DNA of 64,000 nt from Tubulanus polymorphus (GCF_964204645.1 NW_027437448.1:1-64000); one strand, 5' to 3'. Positions 12,290-25,203 are shown, counted from the first letter of the stretch. The notes: generated by a model from the letters alone, not told the origin. Program-made: numbers and translations.

Positions 12290-12990
12290 ACAGTAAGACT
12301 GTCCGTCAAATAGACAGAAGACTGTCTGACCGAGCAGGCTGTATACTGGCTGCCAAACAGACAGTAGACTGGCTGTCAGCCGAGAGGAGACAGACTGTCC
12401 GCCGAGACGGACTGGCTGTCAGCCGAGACAGGAGACAGACTGTCCGCTGAGACAGAGACTGGCTGTCAAACAGACAGGAGACAGACTGTCCGACCGAGCA
12501 GGCAGTATACTGGCTGCCAAACAGACAGTAGACTGGCTGTCCGACCGAGCAGGCAGTATACTGGCTGCCAAACAGACAGTAGACTGGCTGTCAGCTGAGA
12601 CAGGAGACAGACTGTCCGCCGAGACAGACTGGCTGTCAGCCGAGACAGGAGACAGACTGTCCGCCGAGACAGAGACTGGCTGTCAAACAGACAGGAGACA
12701 GACTGTCCGACCGAGCAGGCAGTATACTGGCTGCCAAACAGACAGTAGACTGGCTGTCCGACCGAGCAGGCAGTATACTGGCTGCCAAACAGACAGTAGA
12801 CTGGCTGTCAGCTGAGACAGGAGACAGACTGTCCGCCGAGACAGAGACTGGCTGTCAGCCGAGACAGGAGACAGACTGTCCGCCGAGACAGAGACTGGCT
12901 GCCAAACAGACAGTAGACTGGCTATCAGCCGAGACAGGAGACAGACTGTCCGCCGAGACAGAGACTTGCTGCCAAACAGACAGGAGACAG
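12290..12990. repeat. Complex AGAC/CTGTC-rich minisatellite
   Basis: Modules such as gagacagactgtccgccgagacagagactggctg reiterated with ~180-bp higher-order duplication. Confidence 0.85.
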
Positions 12991-13260
12991 ATCATATTCT
13001 AATTAATTCTACACATCTATAAACATTAGTTATCGAATTTGAGACAGTAACCATGACAACTGATTGAATAATTGAGAATTATCTAGAGTAACTAAACAGA
13101 ATGATTACAAGCAGCGCCATCTATGAACATACGTCGTCTTTATTTCAGCATCATCAGTAGACTGCTCGCTTGCACTTGCCTCACTGGACCAATCAAATTC
13201 TCTCTGTGACGAGGCAAGTGAATTCCCGAGCAGTCGGTTATGTTAATTTCACGTAACGAG

Positions 13261-15432
13261 TCAATAAGTCGAGCCCTCGGGAGGTTGCGGTAACTTGACG
13301 TTTTCTTTAAGAGTCATTGTTTTTCTGAAATCTGCCAATAATGTTTTTATACGCGATTTTTCCGACCAACGATTTAAAAATGGAAATTTCTTCACTTCGA
13401 TCTGTGAAAAATAAAACATGGTAATTTTCAGTTATAAATCCTCAATATTTCAGGTGAACGCACGCGATGACTGAGGTTAGACTGAGGTTAGACTGAGGTT
13501 AGACTTACGTTGCCGTTGCTACCAACTCCATTCATATTTATTCTAGTTATAAATCTCACTGTCGGAGCCTCTTTCGGATATTTAGGTCCACATATAATTC
13601 GTAATGAATAAATTCTATTTTCACAAGTCGTCTGAAATTCGAAGAGAAGAAACTGTTATAATTGTTGATACTACGGAGCTGGATCTGATTGAACACGTCG
13701 TTCTGATCAGGTACAACTTCAGCCCGCCGGCTTGACCACATACAACCCCTACAGCCCATGGGCTGGGTTATATGCGGCCAAGCCCACGGGCTGAAGGGAT
13801 TTATGTGGTCAAGCCCTCAGGCTGAAGCGGTTGAGTGTTGTAGAGCCCGCGATGGTTGTAACTATGGTCGAGGCCACAGACCGGATACTAACCCTCACAG
13901 GTCCGACTATTGTCGCAGACCGGATACTAACCCTCGTAGGTCCGACTATTGTCCCAGACCGGATACTAACCCTCACAGGTCCGACTATTGTCGCAGACCG
14001 GATACTAACCCTCGTAGGTCCGACTAATGTCCCAAACCGGATACTAACCCTCGCAGGTCCGACTATTGTCCCAGACCGGATACTAACCCTCACAGGTCCG
14101 ACTATTGTCCCAGACCGGATACTAACCCTCACAGCTCCGACTATTGTCCCAGACCGGATACTAACCCTCACAGGTCCGACTATTGTCCCAGACCGGATAC
14201 TAACCCTCACAGGTCCGACTATTGTCCCAGACCGGATACTAACCCTCACAGGTCCGACTATTGTCCCAGACCGGATACTAACCCTCGTAGGTCCGACTAA
14301 TGTCCCAGACCGGATACTAACCCTCACAGGTCCGACTATTGTCCCAGACCGGATACTAACCCTCACAGGTCCGATTATTGTCCCAGACCGGATACTAACC
14401 CTCACAGGTCCGACTATTGTCCCAGACCGGATACTAACCCTCACAGGTCCGACTATTGTCCCAGACTGGATACTAACCCTCGCAGGTCTGACTATTGTCC
14501 CAGACCGGATACTAACCCTCGCAGGTCCGACTATTGTCCCAGACCGGATACTAACCCTCGCAGGTCCGACTATTGTCCCAGACCGGATACTAACCCTCAC
14601 AGCTCCGACTATTGTCGCAGACCGGATACTAACCCTCGTAGGTCCGACTAATGTCCCAGACCGGATACTAACCCTCACAGGTCCGACTATTGTCCCAGAC
14701 CGGATACTAACCCTCACAGGTCCGACTATTGTCCCAGACCGGATACTAACCCTCACAGGTCCGACTATTGTCCCAGACCGGATACTAACCCTCGCAGCTC
14801 CGACTATTGTCGCAGACCGGATACTAACCCTCGCAGGTCCGACTATTGTCCCAGACCGGATACTAACCCTCGCAGGTCTGACTATTGTCCCAGACCGGAT
14901 ACTAACCCTCGCAGGTCCGACTATTGTCCCAGACCGGATACTAACCCTCGCAGGTCCGACTATTGTCCCAGACCGGATACTAACCCTCACAGCTCCGACT
15001 ATTGTCGCAGACCGGATACTAACCCTCGCAGGTCCGACTATTGTCCCAGACCGGATACTAACCCTCACAGGTCCGACTATTGTCCCAGTCCATGTTGATA
15101 AAGTTATATCATGATCATCTTCTAAACCCCAACTTATATTTCCATCTCCTCCTTTTTCTCCTTGTTCTAATTCTTCAAGAAGGACGAAATTGCGAGGAGT
15201 TACAATCCCTCCTGATCCTAATAAAACAAAACAATCAATCAATCAATTACAGTTCCAGGACTAAGGGCTGGGGACTGGCGAGTGGCCCAGTGGAAGATTT
15301 ATGTCAAGGCTCTACTGGTGGTTGTGGGCGTGGCCCAGGGCACACTGATGATCGGGTAGCAGGCTGTGTAGAGGTTTTATATAATCAGGAGATATTTTTA
15401 CCTTGTTTCGAGCTCGGATCTGAGGTCGCCAT
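13261..15432 (-). CDS. UBE2V: Ubiquitin-conjugating enzyme E2 variant (UEV1/MMS2 family), copy A
   Basis: Exons 15432-15402, 15217-15063, 13631-13509, 13401-13261: [54 protein letters not shown]/..[23 protein letters not shown]/..[15 protein letters not shown]; no catalytic Cys. Confidence 0.93.
13879..15088. repeat. 39-bp minisatellite (~31 copies) built from the UBE2V-A exon 2/intron 2 junction
   Basis: Minus-strand unit TGGGACAATAGTCGGACCTGTGAGG|GTTAGTATCCGGTC = last 25 nt of exon plus first 14 nt of intron. Confidence 0.93.
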
Positions 15433-15796
15433 CAGTGAAGAGCGCCGAATACCCCGACTCTACTAGGAAAAAAACACGCCTTTCCGCGTATGTCCTATGA
15501 AAAACATACCGGACCGAGACCTATTAAACTTGGCCTTGGAAAAATAAGATCAATTTTAAAACAGAAGTTCTTAGTTAGAGTTAATAATTTTATCAATATG
15601 AAATTGATTTGGTTTGTTTCAATTGTAAATATGATGAAAATCATTTTTAGGAAGTAAATTGTGTAACATAGTGAATTGAATTGATTGGTCAGAGAGCTCG
15701 CTGTGAAACCCGCCGGTAAATATTATAGCAATAAACATCTGAAATTCGCATAAAATACTTTCAATTTATACCTAATTGGGTGTTTACTGTTTGGTG

Positions 15797-16139
15797 AAAG
15801 TGCAGATCTGCACCTCTCTGCGTTAACGGTTCAATCAATTACATTAAATATAATTGTTTCAGATTCAAAATGTCATCAGACATCAGCAATTCATACATTG
15901 CCATAAATAGTAGTTAGTTACCTAATCGTTGGTGGTAGCTTTTTATAATCGGATGGGCTTATACCTGACTGTGGTTTGTGAAAGTATCCGATCGTGAAAC
16001 TAAACCACAGACAGGTTACTATATCTAACATTGCCATTGGTTAATTTTAAGATATCTTCACTGACACTGGAAAGATTTTAGCCTGGATTCTATCATTCAG
16101 TAGATTGCGTCAATCACGAGAGGCGCTGATCTGCACTTT
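15797..16139. mobile_element. MITE-like element with ~30-bp imperfect terminal inverted repeats
   Basis: aaagtgcagatctgcacctctc at left is the reverse complement of gagaggcgctgatctgcacttt at right (2 mismatches). Confidence 0.6.
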
Positions 16140-16268
16140 AACCCCCTGTTTTATAAGTTAATTATCAGCTATTCTTTTATAATCGACTTTCGCATTTTTT
16201 AACTCCAGAATCACGAGAAGGAACAAACCTGAAACGGGCACCTGCCGCTTCTTACATTATCCATAGTA

Positions 16269-16562
16269 GTCATACTGTCTGGCTCTTAACCCTGGCCCTG
16301 GGCCCCCTCGTCATACTGTTGGGCTCATAACCCTGGCCCTGGGCTCCGTCGTCATACTGTCTGGCTCTTAACCCAGGCCCTGGGCCCCGTCGTCATACTG
16401 TCTGGCTCTTAACCCTGGCCCTGGGCCCCGTGGTCATACTGTCTGGCTCTTAACCCAGGCCCTGGGCCCCGTGGTCATACTGTCTGGCTCTTAACCCTGG
16501 CCCTGGGCCCCATCGTCATGCTGTCTGGCTCTTAACCCTGGCCCTGGGCCCCGTCGTCATAC
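16269..16562. repeat. ~41-bp minisatellite (~7 copies)
   Basis: gtcatactgtctggctcttaaccctggccctgggccccgtc. Confidence 0.9.
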
Positions 16563-16845
16563 ATGGTTATGCTCTTCCTGACCCTAGGCCCATTCAGCCG
16601 GGCTTTACCCGGGCTAATGAGGCCCGAGAAGCTCTTACACTATGTGAAACTCGGTTAGAGAAATTGTTTAGAGTATGAGTTATTTATTAGACTGGTTGTG
16701 GGTATTGTTCACAGTTCTCTTCAGAACTCTGTTTGTTAAACATAATACAGTCTGATCAATCTGGTGTCTTATAATTCACCCTGGAATATTTATTCATTCG
16801 GTTTATTTATTGACCTTCCACATTCTTGTAGGCTTTTACCTCTAG

Positions 16846-18476
16846 GAGCAGAGCACGCTACTGTTCTCATGGTGGCTCGGAGCGCGCTACTGTTCTCAGG
16901 GAGGCTCGGAGCACGCTACTGTTCTCAGGGTGGCTCGGAGCACACCGCTGTTCTCAGGGTGGCTCGGAGCAAGCCGCTGTTCTCAGGGTGGCTCGGAGCA
17001 CACTGCTGTTCTCAGGGTGGCTCGGAGCACACCGCTGTTCTCAGGGTGGCTCGGAGCAAGCCGCTGTTCTCAGGGAGGCTCGGAGCACGCTGCTGTTCTC
17101 AGGGTGGCTCGGAGCAAGCCGCTGTTCTCAGGGAGGCTCGGAGCATGCCGCTGTTCTCAGGGTGGCTCGGAGCACGCTACTGTTCTCAGGGTGGCTCGGA
17201 GCACGCTACTGTTCTCAGGGTGGCTCGGAGCACGCTACTGTTCTCAGGGTGGCTCGGAGCACACCGCTGTTCTCAGGGTGGCTCGGAGCAAGCCGCTGTT
17301 CTCAGGGTGGCTCGGAGCACACTGCTGTTCTCAGGGTGGCTCGGAGCACGCTGCTGTTCTCAGGGTGGCTCGGAGCACGCCGCTGTTCTCAGGGTGGCTC
17401 GGAGCAAGCCGCTGTTCTCAGGGTGGCTCGGAGCACGCAACTGTTCTCAGGGTGGCTCGGAGCACACCGCTGTTCTCAGGGTGGCTCGGAGCAAGCCGCT
17501 GTTCTCAGGGTGGCTCGGAGCAAGCCGCTGTTCTCAGGGTGGCTCGGAGCACACTGCTGTTCTCAGGGTGGCTCGGAGCACGCCGCTGTTCTCAGGGAGG
17601 CTCGGAGCATGCCGCTGTTCTCAGGGTGGCTTGGAGCACACCGCTGTTCTCAGGGAGGCTCGGAGCAAGCCGCTGTTCTCAGGGTGGCTCGGAGCACGCC
17701 GCTGTTCTCAGGGTGGCTCGGAGCAAGCCGCTGTTCTCAGGGTGGCTCGGAGCAAGCCGCTGTTCTCAGGGTGGCTCGGAGCAAGCCGCTGTTCTCAGGG
17801 AGGCTCGGAGCACACCGCTGTTCTCAGGGTGGCTCGGAGCAAGCCGCTGTTCTCAGGGTGGCTCGGAGCACACTGCTGTTCTCAGGGTGGCTCGGAGCAA
17901 GCCGCTGTTCTCAGGGAGGCTCGGAGCAAGCTGCTGTTCTCAGGGAGGCTCGGAGCAAGCTGCTGTTCTCAGGGAGGCTCGGAGCAAGCCGCTGTTCTCA
18001 GGGTGGCTCGGAGCAAGCTGCTGTTCTCAGGGTGGCTCGGAGCAAGCTGCTGTTCTCAGGGTGGCTCGGAGCAAGCTGCTGTTCTCAGGGTGGCTCGGAG
18101 CACGCCGCTGTTCTCAGGGTGGCTCGGAGCAAGCCGCTGTTCTCAGGGAGGCTGTTCTCAGGGTGGCTCGGAGCACGCCGCTGTTCTCAGGGTGGCTCGG
18201 AGCAAGCTGCTGTTCTCAGGGAGGCTGTTCTCAGGGTGGCTCGGAGCAAGCTGCTGTTCTCAGGGAGGCTCGGAGCATGCTGCTGTTCTCAGGGAGGCTG
18301 TTCTCAGGGTGGCTCGGAGCAAGCTGCTGTTCTCAGGGAGGCTGTTCTCAGGGTGGCTCGGAGCAAGCTGCTGTTCTCAGGGAGGCTCGGAGCAAGCCGC
18401 TGTTCTCAGGGTGGCTCGGAGCATGCCGCTGTTCTCATGGTGGCTCGGAGCATGCTGCTGTTCTCAGGGTGGCTCA
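16846..18476. repeat. 29-bp GC-rich minisatellite (~55 copies)
   Basis: ctgttctcagggtggctcggagca(c/a)gccg; lacks stops on +, generating the three spurious 500-aa ORFs. Confidence 0.95.
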
Positions 18477-18662
18477 GTTTGGTTATATTTTGTACCAATT
18501 GACTCAATTTTCTAGGTTTTTTTGTTACTCAATTTGTTTCGCTTTTATAATAATGTACTATGGTTAGATTTTTGTCCCAGGTTAAACTCCTAATTGCAGT
18601 AGCTTTAGTCACTGAATACAACGTTATCACTTTGGAATCTGATTTGTTCTGTTGCAGATAAA

Positions 18663-19267
18663 ATGACGGTTGTACCTCGTAATTTCCTATTACTTGAAGA
18701 GTTAGAGGAAGGACAGAAAGGAGGTGATGGAAATATCAGCTGGGGTTTAGAAAAAGACGATGATATGACTTTAACAACTTGGACTGGAATGATTCTAGGA
18801 TTGCCTCGGGTAAGTATCATACCTCCTCACCTCCTCATTATACCTCCTCACCTCTCTCATTATACCTCACCTCCTCATCTCTTGATTGTTTCAATATTTT
18901 CAGACGACTTGTGAAAATAGGATCTATAATTTACGAATTATATGCGGACCTAAATATCCTAAAGAGCCCCCTATTGTCAGCTTTACTACTAGAATCAATA
19001 TGGTGGGAGTAGATGGATATGGCAATGTAAGTTCTGAATCTAGTTCCACAGTTGTGGACTCATTTCCACAGTAATGTGGACAGAATGGAAGTGGTTAATG
19101 ATGCTGATATATTTGTATGATTTCAGATTGATATGAAACGTTTCTCATTTTTCAACCAATGGTCTAAAGATTCTAGTATCAAAACAGTTCTGACTGAAAT
19201 ACGAAAAGCAATGGGTCATAAAGAGAATGCTAAATTGCCTCAACCTCCGGAGAATTCAACTTATTGA
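18663..19267 (+). CDS. UBE2V: Ubiquitin-conjugating enzyme E2 variant (UEV1/MMS2 family), copy B
   Basis: Exons 18663-18809, 18904-19026, 19127-19267: [46 protein letters not shown]/..[16 protein letters not shown]/..[15 protein letters not shown]; same intron positions as copy A. An upstream exon may exist (acceptor at 18657). Confidence 0.92.
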
Positions 19268-19532
19268 TTCTATATCTACAAACAACAATCCTACACAACA
19301 ACTCACATTGAACTGAGATACTGAAACATTTATTTAATGTCATTATGTTACACTAGATGTCGCTAGTGTATGATTTATTTATAAAGAATTACGTACCCCA
19401 AATACATTGTATATAAAATGTAGATAAGTTTTAAAAAGTAGGAAATAAAAAATATACTTTGTAATAATATTAGCAGTTAACTTTGTTAGCATTGGTGGTT
19501 AACACTATGATTAGAGTTAACTGATGCAACTG

Positions 19533-21231
19533 CTGGGTTCGAAACCGGGACACCCCTGTACATCCTCTATTCAGCATCAGGACAACTCTGAATCAGTGTC
19601 AGTAATTACTGGGTCTGAACCCGGGACACCCCTGTACATCCTCTATCCAGCATCAGGACCACTCTGAATCAGTATCGGTAATAACTGGGTTCGAACCCGG
19701 GACACCCCTGTACATCCTCTATTCAGCATCAGGACTGCTCTGAATCAGTGTCAGTAATTACTGGGTCTGAACCCGGGACACCCCTGTACATCCTCTATCC
19801 AGCATCAGGACAACTCTGAATCAGTATCAGTAATTACTGGGTCTGAACCCGGGACACACCTGTACACCCTCTATCCAGCATCAGGACTGCTCTGAATCGG
19901 TGTCAGTAATTACTGGGTCTGAACCCGGGACACACCTGTACACCCTCTATCCAGCATCAGGACTGCTCTGAATCGGTGTCAGTAATTACTGGGTCTGAAC
20001 CCGGGACACCCCTGTACATCCTCCATTCAGCATCAGGACTGCTCTGAATCGGTGTCAGTAATTACTGGGTCTGAACCCGGGACACCCCTGTACATCCTCC
20101 ATTCAGCATCAGGACTGCTCTGAATCGGTGTCAGTAATTACTGGGTCTGAACCCGGGACACCCCTGTACATCCTCTATCCAGCATCAGGACAACTCTGAA
20201 TCAGTATCAGTAATTACTGGGTCTGAACCCGGGACACACCTGTACACCCTCTATCCAGCATCAGGACTGCTCTGAATCGGTGTCAGTAATTACTGGGTCT
20301 GAACCCGGGACACACCTGTACACCCTCTATCCAGCATCAGGACTGCTCTGAATCGGTGTCAGTAATTACTGGGTCTGAACCCGGGACACCCCTGTACATC
20401 CTCCATTCAGCATCAGGACTGCTCTGAATCGGTGTCAGTAATTACTGGGTCTGAACCCGGGACACCCCTGTACATCCTCCATTCAGCATCAGGACTGCTC
20501 TGAATCGGTGTCAGTAATTACTGGGTCTGAACCCGGGACACCCCTGTACATCCTCTATCCAGCATCAGGACAATTCTGAATCAGTGTCAGTAATTACTGG
20601 GTCTGAACCCGGGACACCTGTACACCCTCTATCCAGCATCAGGACTGCTCTGAATCAATGTCGGTAATTACTGGGTCTGAACCCGGGACACCCCTGTACA
20701 CCCTCTATCCAGCATCAGGACTGCTCTGAATCAGTGTCAGTAATTACTGGGTCTGAACCCTGGACACCCCTGTACACCCTCTATCCAGCATCAGGACTGC
20801 TCTGAATCAGTGTCAGTAATTACTGGGTCTGAACCCGGGACACCTGTACACCCTCTATCCAGCATCAGGACTGCTCTGAATCAATGTCGGTAATTACTGG
20901 GTCTGAACCCGGGACACCCCTGTACATCCTCTATCCAGCATCAGGACAACTCTGAATCAGTATCGGTAATTACTGGGTCTGAACCCAGAACACCCCTGTA
21001 CACCCTCTATCCAGCATCAGGACTGCTCTGAATCAGTGTCAGTAATTACTGGGTTCGAACCTGGGACACCCCTATACATCCTCTATCCAGCATCAGGACT
21101 GCTCTGAATCAGTGTCAGTAATTACTGGGTTCGAACCTGGGACACCCCTGTACATCCTCCATTCAGCATCAGGACAACTCTGAATCAGTGTCAGTAATTA
21201 CTGGGTTCGAACCTGGGACACCCCTGTACAT
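19533..21231. repeat. 76-bp minisatellite (~22 copies)
   Basis: ctgggtctgaacccgggacacccctgtacatcctctatccagcatcaggactgctctgaatcagtgtcagtaatta; outer copies carry gggttcgaacc. Confidence 0.95.
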
Positions 21232-21374
21232 TCATTCTCAAAACAATAAAGACATAAAAAGAATGGTTAATGTGTAAAATACAGAATCATTTTATTAAGT
21301 CTCAAAAATAGTGAAAAACTTAACCATACACAATCAACAAGATGAGCAGCTTATTGGGGAAGAGGCTATTAGCA

Positions 21375-21889
21375 ATACGAGGATTGATTAGTTTTTCGGG
21401 GGCTTATAGTACTAGGATTGATTAGTTTTTCGGGGGCTGATAGTACGAGGATTGATTAGTTTTTCGGGGGCTTATAGTACTAGGATTGATTAGTTTTTCG
21501 GGGGCTGATAGTACGAGGATTGATTAGTTTTTCGGGGGCTGATAGTACGAGGATTGATTAGTTTTTCGGGGGCTGATAGTACTAAGATTGATTAGTTTTT
21601 CGGGGGCTGATAGTACTAGGATTGATTAGTTTTTCGGGGGCTGATAGTACGAGGATTGATTAGTTTTTCGGGGGCTGATAGTACTAGGATTGATTAGTTT
21701 TTCGGGGGCTGATAGTACTAGGATTGATTAGTTTTTCGGGGGCTGATAGTACGAGGATTGATTAGTTTTTTGGGGGCTGATAGTACGAGGATTGATTAGT
21801 TTTTCGGGGGCTGATAGTACGAGGATTGATTAGTTTTTCGGGGGCTTATAGTACTAGGATTGATTAGTTTTTCGGGGGCTGATAGTACG
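21375..21889. repeat. 34-bp minisatellite (~15 copies) containing the last codons and stop codon of AMT
   Basis: Minus-strand unit (c/a)gtactatcagcccccgaaaaacTAAtcaatcct; the first copy is the true YYQPPKN* end. Confidence 0.93.
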
Positions 21890-24800
21890 ATGCAGCTACA
21901 AACGGCATTTTACTAACTGTCGCCTGTACGAGTTTATTTCGCACTTTTATTTGAACTTTCGTATTATTTTTACTGAACGGTGTTTCTATGTAACCCATAG
22001 AGATGTTTGTTTTCAGTGTTGGTGACGGCGAACCGCTCGTTATTTTACCAATTTCTTTTTCACCAGATTCATCAAAGATTACAGCGCCACCTACAATAAA
22101 CAATACATTACAGAAATCAGAATCAATTCTTGGTGAACATATGGATACACCTGGGCCTGGATGCTTACCCTGAGCAGGAGCCCTGGATATCCGCCTGCCG
22201 GATACCCACCCACCAGAACCCGGATACTTACCCCGGGTTGGAGCCCCGGATACCCGCCCACCAGACCCCGGATACTTACCCCGGGTTGGAGCCCCGGATA
22301 CCCACCCACCAGAACCCGGATACTTACCCCGGGCTGGAGCCCCGGATACCCGCCCACCAGAACCCGGATACTTACCCCGGGCTGGAGTCCCGGATACCCG
22401 CCCACCAGAGCCCGGATACTTACCCCGGGCTGGAGCCCCGGATACCCGCCCACCAGAACCCGGATACTTACCCCGAGCTGGAGCCCCGGATGTTGAAACA
22501 AATCCAACTCTTTTCTTTGTCGGTTTATTCTTTAATTGTTCCAATATGATTTGAGCCCCGGGAAAGTCCGCAGTTTTCCTCCTACGTTTACCTGTATCCA
22601 AATCAATAAAACAAACACAAAACTGAGTAAATAAGGAATAAGCTTTGGTTAGTTGGATGTGGTCCGGACTGGTCGGGACCGGTGTGTACCTATAGTCCAC
22701 GCGAGAGTGCCCTCTATTGGTGTAGTATTCTCATCTATATCGTTTCCGTATAAACACAATCCAGCCTCTAATCTCAGTGAATCACGTGGTCCAAGTCCGG
22801 CTAATTTCACATCCATTGTTTTACTAGACAGTAATATCTCACAGATTTCAGCAGCTTTATCTTCAGGTACCGATAACTAGAAATAGATCGCACATACACA
22901 TAGACAGATACCTGAGATAGACAGATACCTGAGATAGACAGATACCTGAGATAGACAGCTATCTGAGATAGACAGTTATCTGAGATAGACAGATACCTGA
23001 GATAGACAGATACCTGAGATAGACAGCTATCTGAGATAGACAGATACCTGAGATAGACAGATACCTGAGATAGACAGATACCTGAGATAGACAGCTATCT
23101 GAGATAGACAGCTATCTGAGATAGACAGATACCTGAGATAGACAGTTATCTGAGATAGACAGCTATCTGAGATAGACAGCTATCTGAGATAGACAGCTAT
23201 CTGAGATAGACAGATACCTGAGATAGACAGATACCTGAGATAGACAGATACCTGAGATAGACAGATACCTGAGATAGACAGATACCTGAGATAGACAGTT
23301 ATCTGAGATAGACAGCTATCTGAGATAGACAGCTATCTGAGATAGACAGCTATCTGAGATAGACAGCTATCTGAGATAGACAGCTATCTGAGATAGACAG
23401 TTATCAGATAGACAGTAATTGAGACAGCCACCAGATAGACAGACAGCTGTCAGATATTTACCTCTACCCCGTCCTCACCAGTATAACCACATCTCGTCAC
23501 ACGACAGTTTTTAATTCCACATAAAGTTGTTATGACACTCGTCATAAAATATAATTTACTGAGATCGGTTTCAACGAGTGGCTGTAACGCTTTTACCATT
23601 CCGGGACCTACAATACACAATACATACACAATACACAATACGTCGTCACAAAGGAGACCCTTTAATCAGCTGCAGCCCATGATAAACTGGTCAACTCTTA
23701 ATCAGCTGCAGCCCCTGATAAACTGGTCAACTCTTAATCAGCTGCAGCCCCTGATAAACTGGTAAACTCTTAATCAGCTGCAGCCCATGATAAACTGGTC
23801 AACTCTTAATCAGCTACAGGCCTCGATAACTATTTTACCTTGAAGAGCTAATAAAGCCATATTGATTTTTTCTACATTCACATCTAAACCTTTACCGATC
23901 ATTTCACTTTCTTTTGCCTGGAAATAGAAAATAAACAATTGAATGAATCATTTCTATCGCCATGAATCACTCATTATTCAAACAATCGTCATAGTTACCT
24001 TCATATTATTGAAATCTTTATCAGCGCAGGCAGCATTAGAAACTACGTATAAATAATCTTCATTAGTTTTAGTGATAATTAAATCATCGTTAATTCCGCC
24101 ATTATCGCGAGTAAATAACGATAGAGTTCCCTGATTATCCTTCAATCCTTCGACATCGGCCACTGTTAAACTCTCCATAAATTCAATTCTATTTTTACCG
24201 GTGACTTTAGTTTGAAGCATGTGAGACACGTCAAATATCACTGCTTTATTACGGCAATGTTCATGAGATATAATCAACGAATCTTTATATTGAACTGGCA
24301 TCAAATATCCGGCGAACGGAACCATTTTACCACCTTGACTGACATGAAAATCATATAAACATGTCTTCTTCAAATCAGCCTAAAATATATTCAATGAAAA
24401 TCAACAATGTATTAAAATAGCCTACAGGACTCTACCACCAACGATGGAGCCATCCTCCGTGCTCCACTCCTCTTCCCACAGTGGAGCCATCCTCCGTGCT
24501 CCAGACTCCTCTTCCCACAGCGGAGCCATCCTCTGTGCTCCAGAATGCACCACCCACCATGATGGAGCCATCCTCGGTGCTCCAGACTCAACCAACCACC
24601 ATGATGGAGCCATCATCCGTGCCCCAGACTCGACCACCCACCAACGATGGAGCCATCCTCGGTGCTCCAGACTCCACCACCCACCATGATGGAGCCATCC
24701 TCTGTGCCCCAGACTCCACTACCCACGTTGGAGCCATCCTCCATGCCGGCCCAGACAGTGATTTGGATTATCTGGTGCCAGAATATTCTAAATTGGCCCC

Positions 24801-25203
24801 CAATACTGTCTACGCCTGGTTCAGAGACTCCACTCAACCGACCCATATATTCACGACACAGAATTCACAAGCCGCGTTCGCATTGCGGAAAATAATCAAT
24901 TCGGCCCCTTGTTGAACATAGGCCTAGAACCAAGAAATTCTTGGGTCTATTTCAATTTTCAAGACAATCAGAATCAGTCCAGGAGTGCGCCCCTCCAGAG
25001 GGGTCCAAAGTTCAACAAGTTTAGTAGTCATTCATGGTGTGGTGTGCAATGCAAGCCGAGAGTAGGCCGAGTACTAGAAACAAAAACATGTTTTCAATTC
25101 TTACCTTTGAAGCAAAATAACGACATGACGTAATGACGTCACTGGTGAGGGCTGTTCGTGATGTCACCGCCTGCTGTAACAGTGATAAAACATTCCTCTG
25201 CAT
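21864..25203 (-). CDS. AMT: Aminomethyltransferase, mitochondrial (glycine cleavage system T protein), 7 exons
   Basis: Transit-like [16 protein letters not shown]..; [37 protein letters not shown]; LLALQGP; [15 protein letters not shown]; [24 protein letters not shown]; [24 protein letters not shown]. Start could be 25218. Confidence 0.96.
22161..22490. repeat. 48-bp minisatellite built from the AMT exon 6/intron 6 junction
   Basis: Minus-strand TCCGGGGCTCCAGCCCGGG|GTAAGTATCCGGGTTCTGGTGGGCGGGTA; GTAAGT donors at 22471, 22423, 22375, 22327, 22279, 22231 plus a degenerate one at 22168. Confidence 0.9.
22900..23445. repeat. 17-bp minisatellite in AMT intron
   Basis: gagatagacag(a/c)ta(c/t)ct, ~30 copies. 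Confidence 0.92.
23662..23830. repeat. 36-bp minisatellite in AMT intron
   Basis: ttaatcagctgcagccc(a/c)tgataaactggtcaactc x~5. Confidence 0.9.
24441..24745. repeat. ~40-bp degenerate minisatellite in AMT intron 1
   Basis: gatggagccatcctc.gtgctccagactc.. x~8. Confidence 0.85.

Noticed and set aside
13809-15242. 477-aa and 427-aa ORFs
   Set aside because: Only the UBE2V exon 2 portion is supported as coding; the rest is the 39-bp array read on either strand.
16764-18567. Three overlapping 500+ aa ORFs
   Set aside because: All are translations of a stop-free 29-bp minisatellite; no domain, and all three frames are open.
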